This document shows, one piece after another, positions 39,521-49,361 of a stretch of DNA of 64,000 bases; within the stretch, counting starts at the first letter, position 1, and each line of letters opens with the position of its first letter. Made by a program: the position numbers and the translations under genes. The notes beneath the pieces are model-generated. The model had not been told where the DNA came from, searched no databases, and saw nothing but the letters and a program-made list of their open reading frames with translations. The DNA is taken from contig CBFHPW010000004.1 of assembly GCA_965657945.1 (NCBI GenBank), positions 20,219 through 84,218 of the forward strand, in the 5' to 3' direction. Source of the DNA: Flavobacteriales bacterium. GTDB taxonomy: Bacteria; Bacteroidota; Bacteroidia; Flavobacteriales_D; CAJJDF01.

Positions 39521-40462
39521 TTAATCAAAATGACTGACTATTCTTTCTCCCAAAAATTGTGCGATCTTTACATTGGATTGTTGCGTCCATCCTGCAACAT
39601 GAGGCGAAAGCAACACATTTTCGGCTTGCGCCAAGTACTGAAAAGAATTGGTTTTGTTTTCTTCAAACATAGACTCAAAGCTAGTTTTTTCATATTCCAA
39701 TACATCCATGCAGGCGCCAAGGACCTTCCCAGACTTAAGTCCCCTAATTAAATCTTTTAATACCAAAGACTGACCTCTGGCTGTGTTAAGGATATAAAAA
39801 GGTTTGCTTACAGAGTTGATGAATGATTCATCAATTAAACCTTTTGTTTCATTCGTTAATGGAGTATGAAGTGAAATTACGTCTGCGAGTTTCTTCAATT
39901 CTTCTAAACTAACTTCCGTTCCAAACGCATCTCCATAGTTAGTTAAGTATTTGTCGTATACTATACAAGTAACGCCAAATCCAGAAAGTCTTTGGGCCAT
40001 AGCCTTTCCCATTACTCCGTAACCTATAATTCCTACAGTCTTACCCATTAATTCCTCACCCCAATTGGATTTTCTATTCCATATTCCATTTTTAACCTCC
40101 TGGTTTGCAGTATTTAGCTTGTTGAATAACATAAGCAGCATACCTATTCCGTGCTCTGCCACAGAATCTCTGTTTCCTTCAGGAGATCTAAAAACAGGGA
40201 TTCCTTTGCTTTCCGCAAATTCTACCTCAATATTTTCTAGCCCGGCTCCTGGTCTGCCAATAAACTTCAACTTATTGCCTTTTGAGATAAACTTTTTGTC
40301 AAGAATCATTCTACTTCTTACAATAATTCCATCGTAGTCATGAAGTTTGTTTTCTATTTCTTCTTTTGTTGAAGATTCGTCCAATTCTGTTTTCCATCCT
40401 TTTTTTTCAAAAATTTCTGGAAGAATAGGGTGGGTACTGTCTAAGAAGAGTATAGTCATCAT
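39521..40462 (-). CDS. D-2-hydroxyacid dehydrogenase (SerA-like)
   Basis: GAGLENI, GIIGYGVMG, LHTPL, NTARG, DVLEYE, SPHVAG. Confidence 0.88.
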   Translation of the reverse strand: MMTILFLDSTHPILPEIFEKKGWKTELDESSTKEEIENKLHDYDGIIVRSRMILDKKFISKGNKLKFIGRPGAGLENIEVEFAESKGIPVFRSPEGNRDSVAEHGIGMLLMLFNKLNTANQEVKNGIWNRKSNWGEELMGKTVGIIGYGVMGKAMAQRLSGFGVTCIVYDKYLTNYGDAFGTEVSLEELKKLADVISLHTPLTNETKGLIDESFINSVSKPFYILNTARGQSLVLKDLIRGLKSGKVLGACMDVLEYEKTSFESMFEENKTNSFQYLAQAENVLLSPHVAGWTQQSNVKIAQFLGERIVSHFD

Positions 40463-40474
40463 TCAAAAAAAGTG

Positions 40475-41125
40475 TTAGCAGATAAGTCCATCTTTCATTA
40501 CAAATTTTCTGTCGCTCATTTCAGATAACAGATTGTTGTGGGTAACAATGATAAAAGTCTGGTTGAATTTATCTCTGAGTTCAAAAAATAAATTGTGCAA
40601 TTCCTCAGCGTTTTTCGAATCCAAGTTTCCGCTTGGCTCATCTGCCAATACAACCGAAGGATTGTTGATAAGTGCGCGAGCAACCGAAACCCTTTGTTGT
40701 TCACCTCCAGAGAGTTGAGAGGGTTTGTGACTCAACCTGTTGGCCAACCCAAGCATATCGAGTAATTCTTTGGCTCTTGTTTCTACCTCTTTTTTGGGTT
40801 TATTAGCTATGTAACCAGGAATACAAACATTTTCTAATGCGGTAAACTCGGGGAGCAAATGGTGAAATTGAAAAACAAAACCAATGTTTTTATTTCTGAA
40901 CTTTGCCAGTTCCTTCTTTTTCATTTTCAGTACATCTTTTTCCAAAAAGGAAATTTTTCCAGAGTCTGGTGAGTCCAAAGTACCAATGAGATGAAGCAGA
41001 GTTGACTTTCCAGCACCCGATGCGCCAGTTATCGCTACAATTTCACCTTTTTTTATTTCTAGATCTACTCCTTTCAGAACCGGCAGGGATTGATATGATT
41101 TGGTAAGTTGAGATACTTTAATCAT
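40475..41125 (-). CDS. lolD: LolD-like ABC transporter ATP-binding protein
   Basis: [38 protein letters not shown]. Confidence 0.85.
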   Translation of the reverse strand: MIKVSQLTKSYQSLPVLKGVDLEIKKGEIVAITGASGAGKSTLLHLIGTLDSPDSGKISFLEKDVLKMKKKELAKFRNKNIGFVFQFHHLLPEFTALENVCIPGYIANKPKKEVETRAKELLDMLGLANRLSHKPSQLSGGEQQRVSVARALINNPSVVLADEPSGNLDSKNAEELHNLFFELRDKFNQTFIIVTHNNLLSEMSDRKFVMKDGLIC

Positions 41126-41136
41126 TTAATGTTGTA

Positions 41137-41499
41137 TTATGCATTTATAAATTTAGGGATAAAAATAATGCATCCAATGACAACAGACGAAATAGATGCG
41201 ACTAATACTGCCCCTGCAGCCATATCCTTTGCCAATTTTATTAGCGGATCACTTTTTGTGGTAACCCTGTCGGAAAGTCTTTCAATGGCAGAATTTACTA
41301 TTTCCAAGGCAACAACTGAGCTCATGCAAATAATAAGAAACATCCACTCTGTATTGGATACTTGTTTATAAAACCCCAGAAATAAAACAATGACCATAGC
41401 AAGACCATGCAGCCTGAGGTGGAATTCTTGCCTCATACTTTTTACAATTCCGTTGAGTGCAGCCGCAAAAGAATTTATTTGTTTTTTTATCTGATTCAT
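41137..41499 (-). CDS. dgkA: Prokaryotic diacylglycerol/undecaprenol kinase (DgkA family)
   Basis: EIVNSAIE, AKDMAAGAV; 3 TM helices. Confidence 0.88.
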   Translation of the reverse strand: MNQIKKQINSFAAALNGIVKSMRQEFHLRLHGLAMVIVLFLGFYKQVSNTEWMFLIICMSSVVALEIVNSAIERLSDRVTTKSDPLIKLAKDMAAGAVLVASISSVVIGCIIFIPKFINA

Positions 41500-41504
41500 T
41501 TCAG

Positions 41505-41846
41505 TTAGTTTCCACCAGTTTTCTTTGCTTGATAACCTTTAGAATTAAGAATTTCAAGTACTTTTTCTCTCAGTTCTCCCTGAACAATTATTTCTCCATT
41601 CTTTGCGCTACCACCAACTCCACATTTTGATTTAATTTCTTTCCCCAATTCTTTCAAATCATCTTCTGAACCAATAAAACCAGTCACCAATGTTACAGCC
41701 TTTCCTTTTCTTTGTTTTCGGTCAATACTTACCTTCAAATTCTGTTGGTTAGGTTTTAATGTTTCTTCTTCTTCAAATTCATCTTCATCCTGAAAACCAG
41801 GGTTGGTAGAATAAACAATGTATTTTTCTTTTTTCTTTTTAGCCAT
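41505..41846 (-). CDS. SUI1/YciH translation initiation factor
   Basis: VYSTNP, RKGKAVT, KCGVGGS, IIVQG. Confidence 0.92.
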   Translation of the reverse strand: MAKKKKEKYIVYSTNPGFQDEDEFEEEETLKPNQQNLKVSIDRKQRKGKAVTLVTGFIGSEDDLKELGKEIKSKCGVGGSAKNGEIIVQGELREKVLEILNSKGYQAKKTGGN

Positions 41847-43270
41847 TACTTCGTTTTTTCTATGATTTCGTAGTTATTTGTTTCAAAATTTAATTCAATC
41901 CAATTTTTTAGTTTTTTGCTTCTTCCTTCATTCAAAATGGAGTCCGACCAATTTACAACAATCAATAGCGTTGTATCTTGATTTCCTGTCATATCTACTC
42001 GATAGGCTTTTGAGGCAGCAAAACTCTCTAAAGGTTTAAATTCTGTAATTAATTTTAGTTTTTTATTCACAGATGTAAGGTCGTAATTGAAATCCGTTTT
42101 TTTGCTGTAATCTTCTTTCAGCTTAATGATTTCCTTATCTCTATCAATTATTTTTTGCTCCCAATCTTTTACCAACAGTCGGTAATCATCCATGGTAAAA
42201 GTATTGTTTTCGATTTCATCATTCTGGATCACAACAAAACTAGTATTGTCTAATCCGTAATCTTCACTATTCAGAATTCCTTGAAGTTCTTCAATTCTTG
42301 AGACAGAGATTGTATTGCTTCCAACCAAAACAACAGATACGGTGCGCGCGTCATAATCGAAATCGGTATCCAAAATCTTAATTTTAGGAATTGTACTTAC
42401 ACGTTCTTTAACAAATAATCCAGCGGTGTTGGTAAATACAGACTTATTAAATACTTCTATAAATTTCATTCCGCTTGGCACCAGAATGATTATTAATATG
42501 ACAGAAATATAAATCTTGATATTTCTTTCTTTCTTTTTATTGACATAAGTGGCCAATGGGAATTTTAGATACCTCACAACCACTATAGTTGAAAGACAGA
42601 TGAAGAGTGAATTTAGCAAGAATAGATAAAATGCTCCAAATGTGTAATCCCAGTTTCCGGTAGCTAAGCCATAGCCAGTGACACACAAGGGTGGCATCAA
42701 AGCTGTAGCAATTGCAACTCCAGGAACTACGGTTGAATTGTCATTTCGTGAAGCAGCAATAATCCCTGCCAATCCTCCAAAAAAGGCGATCAAAACGTCA
42801 AGTATAAGAGGTTCAGTTCTTGCTAATATTTCAGCTGTAGCATCCTTGAATGGCATTATTTTGAAATAGATAAACGAAACCAAAATACTAACCACCGTAG
42901 CTACACCAAAATTGATTAATGAATAAATAAGTAATTTGAAATTGTTAGTTCCAACACTCAATCCAATTCCTCTAATTGGACCCATCAACGGAGAAATAAG
43001 CATGGCTCCAATTACGACTGCGATTGAATTTACATTGAGTCCAATTGATGCAATAACTATAGAGCACATCAATACCCAAACGTTGTAGCCCTTAAATTCA
43101 ATTTCTTTCTTGATGTTATCAATCACTTCTATGGGATTAACACTAGAATCATTACTAAAACTAAACAAAGAAATCATAAATTTCCAAAGAGTAGAAGGGA
43201 GGCCTTTTAATTCATCTTTGGATATTTTCTTAGACTCCTGTTGTTCTTCTTTATTAAATCCTGATTCCAT
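41846..43270 (-). CDS. DUF389 membrane protein
   Basis: IASIGL, VIGAMLISPLMGP, PGVAIATALMPP. Confidence 0.9.
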   Translation of the reverse strand: MESGFNKEEQQESKKISKDELKGLPSTLWKFMISLFSFSNDSSVNPIEVIDNIKKEIEFKGYNVWVLMCSIVIASIGLNVNSIAVVIGAMLISPLMGPIRGIGLSVGTNNFKLLIYSLINFGVATVVSILVSFIYFKIMPFKDATAEILARTEPLILDVLIAFFGGLAGIIAASRNDNSTVVPGVAIATALMPPLCVTGYGLATGNWDYTFGAFYLFLLNSLFICLSTIVVVRYLKFPLATYVNKKKERNIKIYISVILIIILVPSGMKFIEVFNKSVFTNTAGLFVKERVSTIPKIKILDTDFDYDARTVSVVLVGSNTISVSRIEELQGILNSEDYGLDNTSFVVIQNDEIENNTFTMDDYRLLVKDWEQKIIDRDKEIIKLKEDYSKKTDFNYDLTSVNKKLKLITEFKPLESFAASKAYRVDMTGNQDTTLLIVVNWSDSILNEGRSKKLKNWIELNFETNNYEIIEKTK

Positions 43271-43284
43271 TATGTTTAGCTGAA

Positions 43285-44253
43285 TTAAGTGTTGATTTTG
43301 ATGAAATCGCTTACAAAATAGGCAATCGTTTTTCCTACAATGTTCTTCTCTAGCTCATTTATTGGAGCGCCTTCACAAATATGAAAATAGTGGAAATTGT
43401 ATTCATTTGAAAGTGAAAAGATGAGTTTTCTTACTTCCTCTTCAGTGAAACCAACTGAGGTAAATGCACTCACTGGCATATTCTTGATACTATCTAAATC
43501 CAACTCCAATCCAATTTTTGTTGCATCCAAATGAGATTTTACACCCTCAATTATCATAGAATCGCACCAAGATTCCTGTGTAATTTGATTAAAACTAAGA
43601 AACTGTAACTTTTCGTTCTCCTTGAATTTATTCAGAATAAACTGAGAATTATATTCTTCGTGAAGTCCCAATACAAAGTATTTATCGAGTTTATTATTTT
43701 GCAAGGCATAAGAAAATCCATTTCCACTATGTCTTCCTTCCAATTCCCGCAAATCGGCATGTGGATCAATATTCAAGACATCAATAGTAGACTCAAATGA
43801 ATTCATTATGGGGTAACAATTGTTGTGACCTCCACCAATTACAATAGGTGTTTTTCCTGCCTCAATTACCTCCTCGATTACGGCTTGCACTCGCAAGTCA
43901 ACTTGCTCAATTAAGATCCGCAACTCAGAAACAGAAGCTTTATGGGCTTTCAATTGTAAGTCATCCAGTTTTACTGCACCACCCAAAATAATAGTTTCAC
44001 CCGATAAAAAATCATTACTTTGCATGGACAAAAACTTGGATAAAAATGCTTCCCAAGCGTTGTAGGCTCCAATGTTTCCGAAGTTGGCCCGTGGTCCAAT
44101 ATCTTCTGGTATACCGATTAGAACAAACTCTCCCTCTGTATTTTCCAATCCGGTTAAACCCAAATCGATAGTTTGTCCTAATTTTGTTTCACCTTCTCGA
44201 GGAGTAAAAAACTCAAGTAAATCTGACGCTGAATATTGTTTAAGGTATTTCAT
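43285..44253 (-). CDS. hutG: Formimidoylglutamase (arginase family)
   Basis: GGGHNN, DPHADLR..GRHSGNGF, DLD metal ligands. Confidence 0.85.
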   Translation of the reverse strand: MKYLKQYSASDLLEFFTPREGETKLGQTIDLGLTGLENTEGEFVLIGIPEDIGPRANFGNIGAYNAWEAFLSKFLSMQSNDFLSGETIILGGAVKLDDLQLKAHKASVSELRILIEQVDLRVQAVIEEVIEAGKTPIVIGGGHNNCYPIMNSFESTIDVLNIDPHADLRELEGRHSGNGFSYALQNNKLDKYFVLGLHEEYNSQFILNKFKENEKLQFLSFNQITQESWCDSMIIEGVKSHLDATKIGLELDLDSIKNMPVSAFTSVGFTEEEVRKLIFSLSNEYNFHYFHICEGAPINELEKNIVGKTIAYFVSDFIKINT

Positions 44254-44258
44254 TAATA

Positions 44259-45470
44259 TTAAAATTTATAAACCGTAAGTCCACTTCTCAGTTTTGGTTC
44301 AATGTAAGTAGATTTTGGAGGCATGATGAGATTGTGGTCGGCAATCAGTTTTAATTCTTCAAAACTAATCGGGAACATGGTAATTGCAATATCATATTTT
44401 CCTGAATCTACTTTTTCTTGTATCGATTCTAGTCCTTTGTTCCCAGGGACAAAACTCACTCTTTTGTCCTGCGTCAACTCTTTGATTTCAAAAATAGGGT
44501 TGAGAATAAAGTCCGTAATTATTTGAGAATCTAATTGCTCAATTATTCCGCTAGTTCGTTCAAATTTTCTTTTCAACTTAATGCGAATCCAAGAATCAAA
44601 TAAATACATCGAAAACTCATGTTTTGCTTTTGGTGACAAAATCGTTTTGCTTTCTTCGAGTATGTCAAAATCTTCAGAGAGTTTGTCTTTAATTTCTGCG
44701 AAACTTAGGTTCTCAGAGTTTTTAATTACCCGATTGTAATCATAAATTTGAACTGCTTCATCACTCATAAATAAGGACATAATATATTGAGTGCTTTCCT
44801 TTTCTTTGTTCAGTAGCGACAACCGATTGGAAGAGGCAGATCGGTGATGTCCATCAGCAATGTACACGCTTGGAATTTTCTCAAATGACTGTTCTATGAG
44901 TTCAATTTTTTCGGGATCGGCCATTTCCCATAATTCGTGTTTTATGTTGTCTTCCGAAACAAAATTATGAATTGGAGTAGAAGAAATAATTTCGTTAATG
45001 ACAGTAGATAATGCCTCTAATTTTGGATAAACCAACAGAACTGGTTCAGCATTAAATCCGGTGAGCGTAAGGTATTTAGTAAATAATTTTTCTCTTTTAT
45101 TTAGTGTTAGTTCGTGTTTTTTTATTTTCCCTTTTTGATAATCTTTTGCGTGAGCTCCACCGATTATTCCGCAATAACTATTTTCACCATTTGTTTGTCG
45201 ATAAACATAAAATGCGTCTGAAGTAGATTGCACAAATATTCCTTTTTTTATGGAGGACTCAAAAAGTTCTTTCGTTTTTTTAAACCGATCGTCAAGCTCC
45301 ATTTTTCGTTCCTTTTCATCGTGAAGAATAATGTGGAGAAATGAGTCAGGATTAGCATTCATAAGCGTTGTAATCTCCTCATCAGAATAGGTGTTGATTG
45401 GTTTTGTACTAATCTCAGGCCCCATGTTTTTCTTTGGAAAAAATCCTTTAAACGGTTTTATTTTTGTCAT
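44259..45470 (-). CDS. DUF1015 family protein
   Basis: IKPFKG, IKKHELT, YIADGHHR, IYDYNR, MPPKSTYIEPKLRSGL. Confidence 0.9.
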   Translation of the reverse strand: MTKIKPFKGFFPKKNMGPEISTKPINTYSDEEITTLMNANPDSFLHIILHDEKERKMELDDRFKKTKELFESSIKKGIFVQSTSDAFYVYRQTNGENSYCGIIGGAHAKDYQKGKIKKHELTLNKREKLFTKYLTLTGFNAEPVLLVYPKLEALSTVINEIISSTPIHNFVSEDNIKHELWEMADPEKIELIEQSFEKIPSVYIADGHHRSASSNRLSLLNKEKESTQYIMSLFMSDEAVQIYDYNRVIKNSENLSFAEIKDKLSEDFDILEESKTILSPKAKHEFSMYLFDSWIRIKLKRKFERTSGIIEQLDSQIITDFILNPIFEIKELTQDKRVSFVPGNKGLESIQEKVDSGKYDIAITMFPISFEELKLIADHNLIMPPKSTYIEPKLRSGLTVYKF

Positions 45471-45515
45471 AAATAGCGGTAAATTTCAATGCTTGAGTAA
45501 CGAAATTAAAAGTAC

Positions 45516-45554
45516 AAAAAAAAACATCCTGAATAAGAATCAGGATGTTTTTTT
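45516..45554 (-). terminator. Intrinsic terminator after serA (symmetric, could act in both directions)
   Basis: AAAAAAACATCCTGA-ataagaa-TCAGGATGTTTTTTT. Confidence 0.85.
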
Positions 45555-45573
45555 AGAGATGAATTTGAATCTG

Positions 45574-46533
45574 TTATCCCTTTAGAGCTTCCATCACCTT
45601 ATCAGCCATTTCAGTGCCAATTCTGTCTTGGGCTTCTAGGGTTGCGGCTCCAATGTGAGGAGTAGTTGCAATTCTTTTGTTTTCCAATAAATCTTTTCTT
45701 GGTGAAGGTTCGTTTTCAAAAACATCAAGAGCACAGTAGGCCACTTTGTTCGATTCAATTGCCTTTAATAATTCATTTTCGTCAATTACTCCACCTCTTG
45801 CAGCATTGACAATTCTTACTCCGTCTTTCATTTTGGCAAATTCACCAGCCGAAATTACTGCTGATCCATCATTTTGTTTTGGAATGTGGATAGAAATATA
45901 ATCTGATTTTGCAAATATATCGTCCATCGAACCAGATTCGATTTCTACTTCGAACGATTGCCCTGTATGAAAATGCACTGGCATAGTAGAAGAAATAGGT
46001 TGTTTGTCGTGAGCAATTACTTTCATTCCACAACCAAGCGCGTAACTTGAAAGAGCGCTTCCAATTCTTCCAAAACCTATAATACCAAGTGTTTTACCCG
46101 ATAATTCTACTCCTTTTCCGTAATTTTTCTTTAATACTTTAAATTCTTCGCTACCAGATTCTGGCATTTCTCTATTTGCTAAATGAGTGAATCTGGAGAT
46201 ACTGAACATTTGAGCCATTACAAGCTCTGCCACAGACTGAGATGACGCTGCCGGAGTATTGGATACGACAATTCCTTTTTCTCTGGCGTAGGCCACATCA
46301 ATGTTGTCCATTCCGACACCTCCTCGTCCAATAAATTTAAGACTTGGACAATTATCAATGATGTCTGTTCTCACCTTGGTTGCACTTCTTACAAGCAAAG
46401 CTGCAATCTTGTTGGAGTTGATATAATCAACCAGTTCTTCTTGCGGAACATGATTGGTTATTACTTCAAATCCATATTCAATTAATTTGTCTTCTCCAGA
46501 CTGAGAAATTCCATCATTTGCTAGTACTTTCAT
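45574..46533 (-). CDS. serA: D-3-phosphoglycerate dehydrogenase (short type, no ACT domain)
   Basis: VRSATKV, RGGVGMDNID, NTPAASS, GFGRIG, NAARGG, TPHIGAATLEAQ; adjacent to DUF1015. Confidence 0.88.
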   Translation of the reverse strand: MKVLANDGISQSGEDKLIEYGFEVITNHVPQEELVDYINSNKIAALLVRSATKVRTDIIDNCPSLKFIGRGGVGMDNIDVAYAREKGIVVSNTPAASSQSVAELVMAQMFSISRFTHLANREMPESGSEEFKVLKKNYGKGVELSGKTLGIIGFGRIGSALSSYALGCGMKVIAHDKQPISSTMPVHFHTGQSFEVEIESGSMDDIFAKSDYISIHIPKQNDGSAVISAGEFAKMKDGVRIVNAARGGVIDENELLKAIESNKVAYCALDVFENEPSPRKDLLENKRIATTPHIGAATLEAQDRIGTEMADKVMEALKG

Positions 46534-46552
46534 AGGTTTTTTAATTTTTTTA

Positions 46553-46560
46553 CAAATCTA
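46553..46560 (-). promoter_or_regulatory. -7 box (TAGATTTG) for serA
   Basis: CAAATCTA on + strand, 20 nt upstream of the ATG. Confidence 0.55.
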
Positions 46561-46594
46561 ATTATATCTAGGAGGTTATAAAAGATTTTGAATG

Positions 46595-47230
46595 TTAATC
46601 TAACGTTATTTCAGACAAGGTAGATAATACATTGTCTGCAATTGAAAACTGAGTCATTTGAAATTCTTTTTTTTCGGGAATTGCAACTACTTTCATTTTC
46701 GCTGCTTTTGCTGCTATTACACCGTTGATTGAATCTTCAATCACGAGGCATTTTTGGGGTTCAATCGAAAGACTATTCGCTGCGGAAATAAAAACTTGAG
46801 GATGTGGTTTGCCATACACCTCATTCTCAGCAGAATGAATCGCCTCAAAATGCGTCTTAATTTCTAGCTTTTCTAATACTGTCTCGATAATTCTCATCGA
46901 AGATGACGAGGCCAGTGCTAGTTTTAGATTTTTCTTTTTTGCCTTCTCAATGGTTTCAAATACTCCTTCCATGGCAGTTCCTTCTGTTTTTATGAGAGTA
47001 ATAACTTCTTCTATTATTTCCTCTGAAGTATGATTGGGTTCAAATGATGCATTTAGTTTGTGTTTCCAATATTGAGTGACTTCGTCCACACGCATTCCTT
47101 TGGTTTCGTTGCACATATCGTAGCTAAATTCATATCCATATTTCCTCATAACTTTTTGAATCGCCTTTTTCCACAAGGGTTCAGAGTCTATCAAAACTCC
47201 ATCCATATCAAATATGAGTGCTTTAATCAT
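46595..47230 (-). CDS. HAD-family phosphatase (HxpB/YniC-like)
   Basis: FDMDGVLIDSE, LASSS, KPHP, IEDS. Confidence 0.9.
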   Translation of the reverse strand: MIKALIFDMDGVLIDSEPLWKKAIQKVMRKYGYEFSYDMCNETKGMRVDEVTQYWKHKLNASFEPNHTSEEIIEEVITLIKTEGTAMEGVFETIEKAKKKNLKLALASSSSMRIIETVLEKLEIKTHFEAIHSAENEVYGKPHPQVFISAANSLSIEPQKCLVIEDSINGVIAAKAAKMKVVAIPEKKEFQMTQFSIADNVLSTLSEITLD

Positions 47231-47281
47231 TTTATGTTATTTTTGTCTAGAATAAAAACCGACTCAAAGGTAAAACTATAT

Positions 47282-48058
47282 ATGGAATACGGAATATGTC
47301 AAGTGGTACTTTCTCCTGGAAGAGCCGAACCAGCAGATCAATCTGAGATACAATTGCAGTTAGTGTTTGGAGATTTAGCCTACATCATGGAAGTGAAAGA
47401 CAATTGGACTTTCGTAAAAATGGCTAAGTATTCCTATTCTTGCTGGATAGATACCAAGCATATTTGCGTTATCTCTGAAGAAGAGTTTAACCAAATATAT
47501 GAACAAAAAGAAATTCGGGTAAACGACATCACTTCTCAATTAATTAATTCGGAAAACCAAGAGGTTACAAATCTCCTAAAGGGATGTTTATTACCCAATT
47601 ATGATAATGGATTTACTTCTTTTGGAAACAAAAAGTTTCAATTCATTGGAGAAACCAATCATTTGTGTGAATTAACCAAATCTGGAGTTACTAACACTGC
47701 AATGGACTACCTCAATAGTCCTTACTTATGGGGAGGAACTTCTCCTTTTGGAATCGATTGTTCAGGTTTGACTCAAATGTGCTACGCAATTCATGGGATT
47801 CAAATTCCGCGAGATGCCTCAGCTCAAGCATTGATTGGAGAAACAGTAGATTTTTTGGAAGAGGCCGAGCCAGGAGATTTGATGTACTTTGATAATAAGG
47901 AAGGTAAAATTACTCATGTTGGAATTTTGTTGTCTGAAAATAGAATAATTCATGCTGCGGGTCATGTTCGAATTGATAAAATGGATCATCAAGGCATTTA
48001 CAGAGAAGAGTGGGAGAAATACACTCATAATTTAAGAATCATAAAAAAACTGTTTTAA
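47282..48058 (+). CDS. SH3 plus NlpC/P60 (C40) gamma-D-glutamyl peptidase, YkfC-like
   Basis: PYLWGG, GIDCSG, IPRDA, HVG, IIHA; no signal peptide; ATG at 47282. Confidence 0.9.
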   Translation: MEYGICQVVLSPGRAEPADQSEIQLQLVFGDLAYIMEVKDNWTFVKMAKYSYSCWIDTKHICVISEEEFNQIYEQKEIRVNDITSQLINSENQEVTNLLKGCLLPNYDNGFTSFGNKKFQFIGETNHLCELTKSGVTNTAMDYLNSPYLWGGTSPFGIDCSGLTQMCYAIHGIQIPRDASAQALIGETVDFLEEAEPGDLMYFDNKEGKITHVGILLSENRIIHAAGHVRIDKMDHQGIYREEWEKYTHNLRIIKKLF

Positions 48059-48114
48059 CGGACAGAACTACTTGGCATGTTTTTAGTTTAACAAGAAAGT
48101 AAAAGAAAAGAAAG

Positions 48115-48888
48115 ATGAGTAAATTGAGAAAAGTAGGTTTGTTTTTGATGAGTGTTTTGTGGGTTATAAATCCTTTAAATGCTCAAGATGTTAATAAAAA
48201 AGACGCCCAAGGAAATAAACAAGGAACGTGGATCGCTTTTTACGATGGCACCAAAAATGTGAAGTATAGAGGAGATTTTATAAATGATATTCCAGTTGGA
48301 AAATTTATTTTTTTCTATGAGAATGGAAAGGTAAAAGCCAAAAACACTTACTTAAATAAAGGGAAAGATTCATATGTAAGTATGTATCACGAGAATGGGA
48401 AACTAATGTCAATGGGAAAATATGTGAATGAACAAAAAGACAGTGTCTGGGTATTTTTGGATGAACATGGAAATTACTTGTCTAAAGAAAATTATAAGAA
48501 TGGAAAGAGGCATGGCAAGTGCTTTACGTTTTATGCGTTTAATCCCAAAATAGATCAGGGTCAACCCAATTTGCTAGAAGTAGCGATTTACATCCATGGA
48601 GAAAAGGACGGTGAATACCTGAAATATTATCGAAACGGAAAATATATGATGCAGGCAAACTACTCAACAGGGACTTTAGAGGGAAAACGAACAACTTTTT
48701 ACTCCAACGGTAAAAAAAGAAATGAGGTGTACTTTAAACACGGGGTGAAAAATGGATACACGATTAATTATGATACCAATGAAGAGGTTGTATCGAAACA
48801 TTTTTATAAAAATGGATACGAATTAAAAGGAAAAGTTCTGGAAGATTATTTACAACGAAAAAGAGACCGAAGTGGAAGGGTTAAATAG
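48115..48888 (+). CDS. Secreted MORN-variant repeat protein (YwqK-like)
   Basis: Signal peptide; repeated YxNGK / YKNGKRHG units. Confidence 0.85.
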   Translation: MSKLRKVGLFLMSVLWVINPLNAQDVNKKDAQGNKQGTWIAFYDGTKNVKYRGDFINDIPVGKFIFFYENGKVKAKNTYLNKGKDSYVSMYHENGKLMSMGKYVNEQKDSVWVFLDEHGNYLSKENYKNGKRHGKCFTFYAFNPKIDQGQPNLLEVAIYIHGEKDGEYLKYYRNGKYMMQANYSTGTLEGKRTTFYSNGKKRNEVYFKHGVKNGYTINYDTNEEVVSKHFYKNGYELKGKVLEDYLQRKRDRSGRVK

Positions 48889-49156
48889 TCTATTTTATCT
48901 AAACAAAATCAAATGTATGGTGGTGCTTTCTGGTAATGATAAGCGCTTCTAGTAGAAAGTTCTCTACGAACACTACAAATTTACGTCAAACCACTCCTGT
49001 AATTTTGTTTATTAGGTAATTAATTTGTTTATTTGAGTATAGAAAAACATCGCGTTTTTTTTGTGGCTCGGAGAATTTTGATTTCGGTTATAAAATATTC
49101 AAAAGGATCTCATTTTTATTGAACAGTTAGATAGTTTAAGCTTTAAAATAGAGCCC

Positions 49157-49184
49157 AAAAAGCCCATCCTCGGATGGGCTTTTT
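49157..49184. terminator. Strong symmetric intrinsic terminator in the middle of an intergenic region
   Basis: AAAAAGCCCATCC-tc-GGATGGGCTTTTT. Confidence 0.8.
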
Positions 49185-49332
49185 AAATATATACACATTT
49201 CATTTCGTTGTTTTCATTGTTTTTAGAGAGTATAAGTTGCAACGATTAATAAGTCCAAAAGTTATACCAAGTTGGACTTTTTTATTATCAATTAGTTATG
49301 ATTTGGTCTAATGTATTCGTCAAGTAATGAAC

Positions 49333-49361
49333 AAAAAAAAGAAGGCTCGTAAGCCTTCTTT
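49333..49361 (-). terminator. Intrinsic terminator of the S8 peptidase gene
   Basis: AAAAGAAGGCT-cgta-AGCCTTCTTTT with an A8 run (U tract on the minus strand). Confidence 0.85.

Noticed and set aside
47060-47281. N-terminal extensions in the ORF track (NlpC/P60; also porin 10426, ppx 21889, fmt 36166, USP 38651)
   Set aside because: They overlap neighbouring genes or promoter boxes or precede the family N-terminus; downstream ATGs match the family starts.
47282-48888. NlpC/P60 plus YwqK-like MORN protein as a toxin-immunity pair
   Set aside because: The peptidase is a signal-less YkfC-like recycling enzyme and the MORN protein is exported. MORN-variant repeats are common in Bacteroidota, and no secretion or toxin context is present.
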